Source: a virus. Taken from it: 64,000 bases of DNA. The stretch covers positions 32,001 to 96,000 of the IMG/VR virus record IMGVR_UViG_3300001533_002564. One strand, given 5' to 3'. Positions within the stretch are counted from its first letter, which is position 1. Each line of letters begins with the position of its first letter. A program made the translations under genes and the position numbers. This document shows positions 19,901-29,025 of this stretch, in pieces. The notes beneath the pieces were generated by a model. The model did no database searches, was not told the origin of the DNA, and worked only from the letters and a program-made list of their open reading frames with translations.

Positions 19901-21560
19901 TACTCAATTCTAGTGGTGCTACACGACTTTGTCTACCTGCTGTAGTGTTAACTATTAATGGAAATGGATAAATATGAGGATTATTTTCTTTATCTTCATT
20001 ATATGAACTATCAGCTAAAATTATTCTTTTATTTGAACTTATATTATGTGACTCATCAGCAGTAGTTACTGTTGAATTTAATGTAAAAAAGAATTTATCT
20101 ACATCATCTAATATTATTTTAAATATATTGTATATTGACGGGGTCATTCCCAATTTTTCTAGAGTTAATGCATTAATTTTTGTTGTTAACTCTATTGCAA
20201 TATTTCTATTTTTTATTTCTAATTTATCTTTTTGTTTATATAACTTAGTATAATATGTTGTAATATCAATACCATAATATTTTGTATTAGTTTTACTATT
20301 ATTATCTCTAAAATCTTTTATATTATAAAATGATTCTGGTTTACCAATATCACTATCACTAATATTATCTAATAATACATTTTGATTTAGTAAAATTTTT
20401 CTATATTCAAGCAATGGTGTTTCAAATAATGAATTGTCTTCAGTTGTAAATTCCCAAAAAGATTCTTTGGGTTTATTTTCACTAATTGTTTTATTTGTTC
20501 CAGCAACATAAAGAATAAATAATTTTGTTGATGATAATGTTTCAATACCATTTGATTCTTGATTTTTAATTCTATTATTAATTACTGATAAATCATTAAT
20601 TTCTGTTATATCATTATCACTTAGAATACTGTTTTGAGTGTTATCTTGATTTTTTACATGATTCGTATCAACCATAACTAAATATGATTCATTTTTATTT
20701 AATATTTCATTATTTTTAATATTTGAAGGATTTAACATTTCCATAACTGAATTAATTGATTTAATAATGTCAAGATTATTCTTTATATCATTATTTTCTT
20801 GTTCAGTTTTCAATAAATCAGAAGTCGCACTATAAAGACTTTTTAATTGTAATATTAATTGAAAAGTGTTCTTTGGTATTTCTTTTGGTTCAGGGTTCAT
20901 TGAGTTATTACCATCATCATTATTATCAATTAATGATGTATTAACAACATATCCAAATAAAATATCTGTTAATGGTGCAAATGTTAGTGCAACAAATTGT
21001 GCATCAATAACAAAATTACCATTAGCAGCATTAAATTCTGATGTATATTTAACTAAGTGTAAGTCATATGCTATTGGTTTTCCATAATATCCTTTAACTG
21101 TTAATTTAAATATTGGTGGTGGAAAATCAAATAGCATTTGATATGGTGAATCAGTTTGATTAAAAAATGCCAATCCTCTAATATCAATAAATTGAATATT
21201 GACTTGTGGAATAAACGATGAATTTATTGTAATTTTTATATTATTAATACCGAAACCTTCATAATGCTGTCCATCTGGATTACTTCCATCATAATAATTT
21301 GTAGTAAAATTTAAATGATTGGGGTCGTTCGTTTCATTATCTTGATTGTTACCAATAAAGTTAATTGGGGGTTTTGATTTAGTACTACTTACATTATTAT
21401 CAATGATAACAGTTCTTTCTTTACTTTTTGCAGTTAATTCAGCAAAAATATACATATTTTCATATTGAGGTATACCATTAACAATATTATTATTAATATT
21501 TATTGTATTTGGGTCAATTAATATTACGTTACCATTATCATCTACATTCTCTTCAGCCAT
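16920..21560 (-). CDS. Large baseplate hub/tail structural protein
   Basis: About 1546 aa; C-terminal 'GLGNVMIQPTQYFQLENIPLFNGAYIILNVEH' is typical of hub/late-control proteins; start moved to MAEEN because the late motif lies at 21576-21583. Confidence 0.6.
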   Translation of the reverse strand: MAEENVDDNGNVILIDPNTININNNIVNGIPQYENMYIFAELTAKSKERTVIIDNNVSSTKSKPPINFIGNNQDNETNDPNHLNFTTNYYDGSNPDGQHYEGFGINNIKITINSSFIPQVNIQFIDIRGLAFFNQTDSPYQMLFDFPPPIFKLTVKGYYGKPIAYDLHLVKYTSEFNAANGNFVIDAQFVALTFAPLTDILFGYVVNTSLIDNNDDGNNSMNPEPKEIPKNTFQLILQLKSLYSATSDLLKTEQENNDIKNNLDIIKSINSVMEMLNPSNIKNNEILNKNESYLVMVDTNHVKNQDNTQNSILSDNDITEINDLSVINNRIKNQESNGIETLSSTKLFILYVAGTNKTISENKPKESFWEFTTEDNSLFETPLLEYRKILLNQNVLLDNISDSDIGKPESFYNIKDFRDNNSKTNTKYYGIDITTYYTKLYKQKDKLEIKNRNIAIELTTKINALTLEKLGMTPSIYNIFKIILDDVDKFFFTLNSTVTTADESHNISSNKRIILADSSYNEDKENNPHIYPFPLIVNTTAGRQSRVAPLELSRKVPFPELNLVDKFIDAFSDQITFTQQYFARDDKNEDNVNNWIPISPYDSTLGGASSKSPYLEITDNIHDEVLKKLVERFYVLSQGTLTESFYPINDEYISLASANIDLYSEAEAINLMSFITEKNIGLFTDMVNKYSKSINNLYTAMGKINTDYGTIYDFSDEPESFQIGDGDVYVDKKNPNFKGVNLEVNNISYQGDTSSETSINTWLNTFGTDAWYTKYLKLNDIQYYFKYTTENLIYILDVTNVVTDSFLSKDRDENVIGGVQTYSRYLAEGEYLSYYSEREKYAYPDPKFDFSTKNTDFPGTGTDSERQTIARDLGNISFKQLDENNVFDYGNNIITIWATIFGKLDNEIIDTIIGSTTQNLSRLLILSNFGYTISPFNVYKNSLNSQIFNNAAVFQVPAFYSPYIGALLTAIEDGWDDDIFEYFTTKTGSKFENRGFYVLADLHDVNKYLSDYDKEQFKLIYNRYKNNIHNGIVLSIKDMYDAVNVTNKGKYIDSKDIEGLTKMKEIQYNSKISIYLYLLDSNIGNKYDEYNYIGNKGIYFNPILSNLIERKNIINFSEQTFKMVETYPTNYSSIKSLNEENSVYEKYNEKYFKNFFLNLKKNLNEIQDEIDNKNDELKRIKGNDHIINQLYYSFKNINDKWLYNQSNSDKKYPFNYKNKNLIDSFAFVDRGMNPIGETIINCEILTEMLEDPNISLFSVLSQLLSLNGFEFFPLQNFLNFETKNSWVDSFKIHDGGYDDIQNTHFVCMYVGGSSSYPSISNNGFQNDGIIDISKPNISGFSRNTDEESYTENVNQVKKNDNFPWSQVRAFRVRFGEQNQSMFTDIKIDSKEYPETNESIQILSRLASDNSPDAKVPIGQNLYNLYENRSYKATVTGLGNVMIQPTQYFQLENIPLFNGAYIILNVEHDITPNKMITSFSGTKLLEYPIPRVLEANALSRYNGLSGADAATLAFEQSQITVSNNVQTHYLAMYPNNFDDKNEITLKI

Positions 21561-21649
21561 TATTATATTTTTCATATAAATACCTTAGAATAAAAAATAT
21601 AATAATTACTACCAAATTGAATTATTTAAACTATTTATATTAAACGAAA

Positions 21650-22066
21650 ATGATGTTATTAAAAGCAACAGAGATATTAAATCAAAATATTCATTCAATT
21701 TGGGAAAATATATTCTTCTATTTATTTATTGTAATAATATTATTTTTTTTAATATCAATATTTTTCCATATAAAAATTTTTAGAAAGAAGAATAATGAAA
21801 TTAAATTATTACAACAACAAAATATAACACGAATAGATAATATTAGAAAAGAAAATTCAAGTGTTTTAGATAATCTTAGAGTTGAAATGTTAAAACATGA
21901 AAATGAGAGAATCCGTCAATGGATGGAAAGTGAAAAAGAAACCCTTCATGTTTTAAATGGTGTTTCAACATTATTAGAATTAAGTGATAAAGTTGATAAG
22001 GTTGAATTTAAAAATATTCGTGAAGCATTAAATGTAATTGAAAAATTAATAAAAGACCTTAAATAA
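21650..22066 (+). CDS. Single-TM coiled-coil membrane protein (possible lysis accessory)
   Basis: N-terminal hydrophobic helix followed by a coiled coil. Confidence 0.55.
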   Translation: MMLLKATEILNQNIHSIWENIFFYLFIVIILFFLISIFFHIKIFRKKNNEIKLLQQQNITRIDNIRKENSSVLDNLRVEMLKHENERIRQWMESEKETLHVLNGVSTLLELSDKVDKVEFKNIREALNVIEKLIKDLK

Positions 22067-22078
22067 AATAGAATTCTG

Positions 22079-22228
22079 ATGGGAAAAATTAATAAACTTA
22101 AGGAAATTAATAAGAAAATAAGTAGAATATTAAATGACTTAGAGACGGATATATTTATAAAAAATATTGATATTGAAAACAATAGAATCATTAAGAAATA
22201 TAATCAAACCCTTATTAACTCAAAATAA
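22079..22228 (+). CDS. Small hypothetical protein (49 aa, not in the ORF track)
   Basis: MGKINKLKEINKKISRILNDLETDIF... fills the intergenic gap. Confidence 0.5.
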   Translation: MGKINKLKEINKKISRILNDLETDIFIKNIDIENNRIIKKYNQTLINSK

Positions 22229-22260
22229 AATTATTAACTATTTATTAAAAACAAATTAAT

Positions 22261-22977
22261 ATGTTTAAAAAAAAATTAAGCAGAATATTAGAAGAAGGTG
22301 ATACTGGTTTCGGTATTTTAATTGAACATGATGCTGGATTTATTAATTCTGAAATTAACAAAAATATCCTTAATGAAAATTTTGAATTAAAACCTAATGA
22401 ACCCGTACTAGTTAATTGTATATTACAAAAATGGGGTGTAAAAAATAAAAATGGTAGGATTTATCCAAAGGAAGTATTATTACCACAAGTTAATATATAT
22501 CAAGAATTAGTTAATACAAATAGTGCTGTATCTGAAGCAGACCATCCTGATTCATCAATAATATCATTAAATAATATATCACATATGATAACTAAAATGT
22601 GGTGGGGTATTGGTGAACAAGAAAATGTATTATTTGGTCAATTAAAATTAATTGTATCACCGGGATACATTAATTTTGGTATTGTTTCAGTTATTGGTGA
22701 TAAAATTGTATTGTATTTACAAAATAAAATTAAATTAGGTATTTCAAGTCGTGGAGTAGGAACTTTAAAAGAAATTAATGGTGAAAATTTAGTTCAAGAT
22801 GATTTTGAATTAATTGGGTTTGATTTAGTGGCAACGCCAAGTACACCGGGAGCATTTCTTTTTCCTGAAAAAAATGGTGATATGAGTTTCGGAGAAAATT
22901 ATGTAAATAAAAACGGTATTTTATTAAAAGAAGATAACAATAAAATAATAACTGCAATAGATAAATTTTTATTATAA
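22261..22977 (+). CDS. Prohead core protease (T4 gp21-like)
   Basis: NKNGRIYP, EADHP, GISSRGVG, FDLVATPSTPGA. Confidence 0.93.
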   Translation: MFKKKLSRILEEGDTGFGILIEHDAGFINSEINKNILNENFELKPNEPVLVNCILQKWGVKNKNGRIYPKEVLLPQVNIYQELVNTNSAVSEADHPDSSIISLNNISHMITKMWWGIGEQENVLFGQLKLIVSPGYINFGIVSVIGDKIVLYLQNKIKLGISSRGVGTLKEINGENLVQDDFELIGFDLVATPSTPGAFLFPEKNGDMSFGENYVNKNGILLKEDNNKIITAIDKFLL

Positions 22978-23106
22978 AAGCGCATAATATAATGATAAAA
23001 AATTGTATATGCAAGAAAATTAGGTGTTTTTTATTAAAAATTACACTTTTTCATAATAAGAATGTATTTATATAAAAATTATAGTATTAGATATTACATA
23101 TAAATA

Positions 23107-24633
23107 ATGAAAAACGATAAAAAAAAATCGGTAATTAAAGAAGCACTTGTTGAATATACTGAGATTCAAGAAGCTGCTATTGCTAATGCTAAAAAAAATT
23201 TAGCTGAAAAATATCCTGAAAAGTTTAATGATTTATTAAAGGAAGAATTAAATAAAAATAAAAAGACAAAAGAGTCATATAAAAAAATAGACGAAAGTAA
23301 AGAATCTGAAAAAGATGATGTCGAAACTAATAAAGAAGATGATGTTATGAAAAAACAAACTAAAGAGACTAAAAAAGTTGTAAAAGAAGGTAAAGAAAAG
23401 AATCAACCATTTGATGAAAAAGCACCAGAAAACGGACCTGACGTTGTGAAAGAAGAACGTGAGAAAGATTTCATGGGAGATGTTGAAAAAGATACTCCTA
23501 ATAAAGCTGATGGTAAAACCGAAGACGGTGATACTTACAGTGAAAAAATTACTACAAAAAAAGAAACTCTTGCGAATAAGACTTCTGTAAAAGAAGAGTT
23601 TGATATGACAGACCTTGACCAACAAGCTGTTGGTTCTGCAATCGAAGAAGCAGAAGATGATGATGAAATTATCACAATGAATGAAATTGAAAATGAAATT
23701 CAAGGGATGGACTCTTTAGAAGAAGAACTTAGCGACATGAGTGGATTGCCTCGTCCAGAATTAGAACCACGTGGTTCTGCTCAAGGTCAAGAAGGTGATG
23801 CATTTACTAAATTAGTTAAGATGAGAGAACAACTTGACGAAATGATAAGTGGAATGAATGTTGCCGAACAAAAAAATAATGGTGGACAGGGTGCTAATAA
23901 AGTAAATGCTGGCGGACCGACTCAATCAATGATTGATGAAGAAGATATTACTGATGCTGATGTTGAAGCAGTTTTAGGTTCTGCTCCAGAAATGGATGAA
24001 CAAGAAATTGTTGATGAACAAGAAGTTGATGAAAATATGGAACATACTCAAACTCATCATAATGCAAGAAAAACAGGTTCTCATAACAATACCAATTATG
24101 GTAAAGAAAATAGATTGCGTGACGCAATGAAAGAAAATGAAAATAAAAAGATTAGTAGTTTAATTAGTGAAAACAAAGGTTTAACAAAGAAATTGAACGA
24201 AACTAAGAAATTCAAGCAGTCAGTGACTACATTAGTAGAACAATATAAGTCTGCACTTGAAAAATATCGTAATCAACTTAAAGAAATGGCTACATTTAAT
24301 ACCAATTTGGCACATGTAAATAACCTATTGGTTAATGAAAGTCTTGCTTTAACTCAACAAGATAAAATTAAGATTATCAACGAGTTTAAAAAAGTAGATA
24401 CAATTGCTGAATCACAGAAAAAGTATAAAACATTTTTATCAGAAATGAAAGAAAATAAACCTACTTTATCTGAAAGTATTGAAAAAAAGGTGAGTGCCTC
24501 TATCTCACCATCTTCAAAACAAAATATTGAGGAAGCAAAAGAAGTAACAGCATACGCAGATGATGAACACATCAATAAAATGAAAAGATTAATCGAGTAT
24601 GTTGAAAAAAGAGAGAATAAAAAAATAATTTAA
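23107..24633 (+). CDS. Prohead scaffold/core protein (gp22-like)
   Basis: Acidic coiled-coil protein between the protease and major capsid genes. Confidence 0.75.
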   Translation: MKNDKKKSVIKEALVEYTEIQEAAIANAKKNLAEKYPEKFNDLLKEELNKNKKTKESYKKIDESKESEKDDVETNKEDDVMKKQTKETKKVVKEGKEKNQPFDEKAPENGPDVVKEEREKDFMGDVEKDTPNKADGKTEDGDTYSEKITTKKETLANKTSVKEEFDMTDLDQQAVGSAIEEAEDDDEIITMNEIENEIQGMDSLEEELSDMSGLPRPELEPRGSAQGQEGDAFTKLVKMREQLDEMISGMNVAEQKNNGGQGANKVNAGGPTQSMIDEEDITDADVEAVLGSAPEMDEQEIVDEQEVDENMEHTQTHHNARKTGSHNNTNYGKENRLRDAMKENENKKISSLISENKGLTKKLNETKKFKQSVTTLVEQYKSALEKYRNQLKEMATFNTNLAHVNNLLVNESLALTQQDKIKIINEFKKVDTIAESQKKYKTFLSEMKENKPTLSESIEKKVSASISPSSKQNIEEAKEVTAYADDEHINKMKRLIEYVEKRENKKII

Positions 24634-24655
24634 AAAACATAAAAAATATAAATAA

Positions 24656-26326
24656 ATGGGATTTTTAATGGAAAGTGCGGAAGTTGGTAATATTGGATTA
24701 AAACAACTCCGTGAACAAAGAGAAATAACATCTAATCGTTGGGAAAAGATTGGATTGTTAGAAGGATTAGAAGGAAATATAAAAGAAAACTGTGCTCAAT
24801 TATTTGAGAATCAGTTGTCACACATGATTAATGAATCATCAGATTCATCTAATAGTGGTCAATTTGAAACAGTTGCTTTTCCTGTAATTCGAAGAGTATT
24901 CGCTAAATTATTAGCAAATGATATCGTGTCAGTACAAGCACTTAACTTACCTATTGGTAAATTGTACTATATTAACCCTAAAACTAGTGTTAGATCAGAA
25001 CAAACTGCTGGCGTTCATACTTCACCTGATGGTGCTTATGGAAATGCTGCTGATAAAGCTGCTGATTCAAGAACTCAGTTCGAAACTCGTTCATTATATG
25101 ATGCATTCTATGCAAGTAAATATGATGAAGAAGGTACATCATTATTTGACCGTTCAAAAGGTGATATTACTGTTGTAACTGGTGCAACTACTGCTGAAAC
25201 ATTTACAATTGGTATTGATAAATATGTACAATTAACTGTTGGTGATATTTATAGTACTGCTGAAGGTAAATTGGTAGGACCTACTGGTGTTCCAATGGAC
25301 ACTGAATCATTCCTTGCTGGTTTAAGAGTTGTTGCTGACGTTGATTTAACTGCTCCAGCACCTTATACTGAAGAAGGTATTACTGCTGGTGATGCAATTC
25401 CTTTCAATGTAAAAGTACAGAAATACGGACAAGCTATTGTAAGTAAAGACGGTGAATTAATTTTACTTGTTGACCTTACTTATGCTGGTACTAATGGTTA
25501 TCAACCACTTAGTGGTGCAAGTACACTTAATTTCAGTGTAACTTACAGAACATATTCTGACCTTGAAGAAGACTCAAGAATGGCTGAAGTTTCCTTCCAA
25601 TTAGACCAAGTTCCTGTTTCTGTTGAAACACGTAAAATGCGTGCTATGTGGACACCTGAATTAGCCCAAGACGTTTCTGCATTCCATAATATCGATGCTG
25701 AAGCAGAATTAACTGCTTTATTATCTGAACAAATGGCTGCTGAAATAGACCGTGAAATTCTTCGTGACTTACGTAAAGGTGCTGCTTGGACTGCTCGTTG
25801 GGATTATAATGGACTACGTAAACAAGGTAGTACTAATCAATATTACGGTGTACAAAAAGACTGGAATCAAACATTGGTTACTAAAATCAATCAGATTTCT
25901 GCACAAATTCACAAAGCAACACTTCGTGGTGGTGCATCTTGGGTAGTTGTTTCTCCTGAAGTATCTGCTGTATTTGATGACCTTGAATATTTCCACGTAT
26001 CTAATGCTGCTCCAGAGCAGGATAAATACAACATGGGTATTGAGAAAATCGGTATTTTAAGTGGACGTTATTTAGTATATCGTGACCCATATTCTCCAGC
26101 TAACACTGTGCTTATTGGTCATAAAGGAACTAGTATTCTTGAGACCGGTTACATATATGCGCCATACGTTCCTATGCAGTTAACTCCTGTAATGTATAAT
26201 CCGTTTGATTTCACACCAATACGTGGTATCATGACTCGTTATGCTAAGAAAATGGTATTAAACCGTTACTATGGTAGAATCTATTGCGATGGTCTTCAGA
26301 CTTTCGGAATCGGTGACTTACAGTAA
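24656..26326 (+). CDS. Major capsid protein (T4 gp23-like)
   Basis: TRKMRAMWTPELAQDVSAFHNIDAEAEL, YAPYVP, TPIRGIMTRY. Confidence 0.95.
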   Translation: MGFLMESAEVGNIGLKQLREQREITSNRWEKIGLLEGLEGNIKENCAQLFENQLSHMINESSDSSNSGQFETVAFPVIRRVFAKLLANDIVSVQALNLPIGKLYYINPKTSVRSEQTAGVHTSPDGAYGNAADKAADSRTQFETRSLYDAFYASKYDEEGTSLFDRSKGDITVVTGATTAETFTIGIDKYVQLTVGDIYSTAEGKLVGPTGVPMDTESFLAGLRVVADVDLTAPAPYTEEGITAGDAIPFNVKVQKYGQAIVSKDGELILLVDLTYAGTNGYQPLSGASTLNFSVTYRTYSDLEEDSRMAEVSFQLDQVPVSVETRKMRAMWTPELAQDVSAFHNIDAEAELTALLSEQMAAEIDREILRDLRKGAAWTARWDYNGLRKQGSTNQYYGVQKDWNQTLVTKINQISAQIHKATLRGGASWVVVSPEVSAVFDDLEYFHVSNAAPEQDKYNMGIEKIGILSGRYLVYRDPYSPANTVLIGHKGTSILETGYIYAPYVPMQLTPVMYNPFDFTPIRGIMTRYAKKMVLNRYYGRIYCDGLQTFGIGDLQ

Positions 26327-26347
26327 TCAATAAACTGAAATATTTTT

Positions 26348-26379
26348 AAAAAGAGTTGGAATGTTCCAACTCTTTTTTT
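26348..26379 (+). terminator. Intrinsic terminator after the major capsid gene
   Basis: AAAAAGAGTTGGAA-tg-TTCCAACTCTTTTTTT. Confidence 0.85.
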
Positions 26380-26408
26380 ATTTTTGTATTGCATTAACAC
26401 ATATCTTT

Positions 26409-27866
26409 ATGGAAGCATATCAATTTAAAATAAGAAAACAAAAATCTCAATCAGAAAAAATTGATTTTGATTTAAATCAAATTACGCTTAAAAATTCTGA
26501 AATTAAATTAATTGATAAAGAAACAGCAAAAAAAATAATTATTGAATATGAATGGTTAGAATCAATGCCATTTATAGTTAAATATTGTTTTGGTATTTAT
26601 TTTAACGTTAATAATAAAAAACAAATTGGTGGTGTATTAGTTTTTAGTAATGATTATGCCGATAATACTGGTGTCTGGGATAAATATGGTTTTACTGATA
26701 AATTAATATTATTAAGTAGAGGAGTTTGTTTATGGTGGACACCAAAAAATACAGCATCATATTTTATATCAAAAGCTACTGATTGGTTAAAAAAGAATAC
26801 TAAATATAGAATAATAACAGCAACAGTAGACCCTGCTGCTGGTGAAGTTGGAACAATATATCAATCATTAAATTGGAAATATGTTGGTGTTATGAGTGGA
26901 AATTATTATCATAAAAAAGAATCTAAGAGATTTGGAGTCATAATTGATGGAAAATTGAGAGGTAGTAGGTGGTGTAGAAGTAATTTAGGTTGTATGAAGA
27001 AAGAAGTTATTTTATCGAAATACCCTGATGCTAAGTTTGTTCATCAATATAGAAAAAAACGATATTTTTATTTTATCGATACTAAAGCAAATAATAAAAA
27101 ACATCTAAATGCAATTAAACATCTTCTTTTACTCTATCCTAAAAGGAATCAAGATATAATTGGTATCATTTATTTAATTAGGAATAAAGTAAATGATAAA
27201 AAATATGTCGGTCAAACAATTCGTGCATTAAGTGATAGAATTAATGACTATAAAAGAGGTTTTGGTAATGATTATTTAAATAATTCATTTAATAAATATG
27301 GTTGGGATAATTTCGAATTTTCAGTTATTGATTCAGCACAAACTATTGAAGAACTAAATTCGAAAGAAATTAAATACATTTTAAAATATAATACAACTAA
27401 CAAAGAATTTGGATATAATATTGAAATAGGTGGTTGTAATTCAATTCCAAATATCGAAACTTTAGAAAAAATGTCCAAATCTCATTTAGGTATTAAACAA
27501 ACAGATGAATGGATTAATAAAAGAATAGCTAAAGCAGGAACTGATAATGCTAAAAAATATGGTAAAATAAAGACTGATGATGAAAAACAAGAACTTAGTC
27601 TAAAATCACCAAAATATTGGTTAGGTAAAAATCATGATATTGAGACAAGAGAAAAAATAAGTAAAACAAAAAAAGAAAGGGGTTTATCTGTTAAACAAAA
27701 AGAAGTGTTATGTAAGAAAGTATATAAAATAAATATTATTGATAATAATACAATTGATTATGATTCAACAAAACATGCTTCAATAATTGAAGGTGTAAAT
27801 CAATCAACAATATCAAGATGGTGTAAAAACAAAAAAACTATTAATGGATTTTTATGGAAATATTAA
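26409..27866 (+). CDS. Fusion of a Mom-like (GNAT-fold) DNA modification domain, GIY-YIG endonuclease and NUMOD DNA-binding repeats
   Basis: N-half LLSRG...PKNTASYFISKA...VDPAAGEVGTIYQSLNWKYVG; C-half GIIYLIRN...YVGQT...R...E...GYN; start moved to 26409 because the ATG at 26361 lies inside the terminator. Confidence 0.75.
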   Translation: MEAYQFKIRKQKSQSEKIDFDLNQITLKNSEIKLIDKETAKKIIIEYEWLESMPFIVKYCFGIYFNVNNKKQIGGVLVFSNDYADNTGVWDKYGFTDKLILLSRGVCLWWTPKNTASYFISKATDWLKKNTKYRIITATVDPAAGEVGTIYQSLNWKYVGVMSGNYYHKKESKRFGVIIDGKLRGSRWCRSNLGCMKKEVILSKYPDAKFVHQYRKKRYFYFIDTKANNKKHLNAIKHLLLLYPKRNQDIIGIIYLIRNKVNDKKYVGQTIRALSDRINDYKRGFGNDYLNNSFNKYGWDNFEFSVIDSAQTIEELNSKEIKYILKYNTTNKEFGYNIEIGGCNSIPNIETLEKMSKSHLGIKQTDEWINKRIAKAGTDNAKKYGKIKTDDEKQELSLKSPKYWLGKNHDIETREKISKTKKERGLSVKQKEVLCKKVYKINIIDNNTIDYDSTKHASIIEGVNQSTISRWCKNKKTINGFLWKY

Positions 27867-27877
27867 TTTACTTATTT

Positions 27878-28159
27878 TTATTCTTCTAAAGCAATCCATT
27901 TTAATACACTAAATCCTTTATTTAAATTTTCAAATTCATCAACTCTTTTATTCAGAATAAAAAGAACTTGTTCCATATTTTCTTGAATATCTTCTAATGA
28001 AATATCTAATTTATCATGAATAATTTTACTAAAAATTTCCCAATTATTTTTAGCTTTATATTCACCATTAAAAATGATTTTTTCATCAATAGGATTAAAT
28101 ATTATTCGAATCCTTTTATTCTTGTTTTCTTCACCTTCTATTTTAACAATCCAATCCAT
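27878..28159 (-). CDS. Hypothetical protein
   Basis: 93 aa ORF overlapping the upstream endonuclease stop. Confidence 0.6.
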   Translation of the reverse strand: MDWIVKIEGEENKNKRIRIIFNPIDEKIIFNGEYKAKNNWEIFSKIIHDKLDISLEDIQENMEQVLFILNKRVDEFENLNKGFSVLKWIALEE

Positions 28160-28961
28160 GATTAACTTTTTTTATCCATTTATAATTATTATATATCTGA
28201 CTTTTACTTATATTACATGCATATCTTAACGCATTATCAGAAGTTTTATTAATTCTTGCTGCTTCTTTGTATGAATCATAGGTTTCTACAATACGATTTG
28301 TTTTTATATCTATTTTATGAATCTTAATAGATTTTCTCTTATTAGACAAATGTTTTTCAGTTTCTTTAATTTTTCTTATTAAATTTTCAACATTAAATTC
28401 ATTTTCATACATCCATATATATTCACCAGATGAATATCTTTTTCCTCTTAAACAATTACTTATTGATGAAATTGAAATATTAGAATATATCGATGCCTTT
28501 TTTATGGAAGAAAAATGTTTAATAAATTGACCATCGATTGTAAACATAATAATTTCTTTTCTATTTACAGCATTTTTACCATAATTATAATGTTTTTCAC
28601 CACGACATGCATCACCAATTTTCTTTTTATGACTTTCAGTAAATTCTCTTTTTTTAATAAAATTAATTCCACTACCTCCCTTAGTCATATTTTTTAAATC
28701 ACTACCGTAGAATGATATCCAATATTTTTCTCTATTATTTAATAGTTCAATGTCAATTTCTTCAATTAATTCGATTATAGGTAATGAATTTTTATCTAAT
28801 AAACTATTAATCCATAAATATATATTTTGATTTTTAGTTTCTTCATACCTACAATTTCTAATGTGCTCATTAAGTCTCTTAATTAAACTAAATTTAGTTT
28901 GACCAACATATTTAATTTTATTAGTTATAGGGTCTTTTAATGAATATATTTTTCCTTTCAT
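28143..28961 (-). mobile_element. Free-standing GIY-YIG homing endonuclease with NUMOD3/NUMOD1 repeats
   Basis: KIYSL...KYVGQT...RLNEH...REKYWI...NMTKGG. Confidence 0.8.
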
Positions 28962-29025
28962 AACATCTTTTAATGTAAATACTAAGAAATTATAAAAAGT
29001 TTGCTCATGTAAAGTCTAAGTAAAA

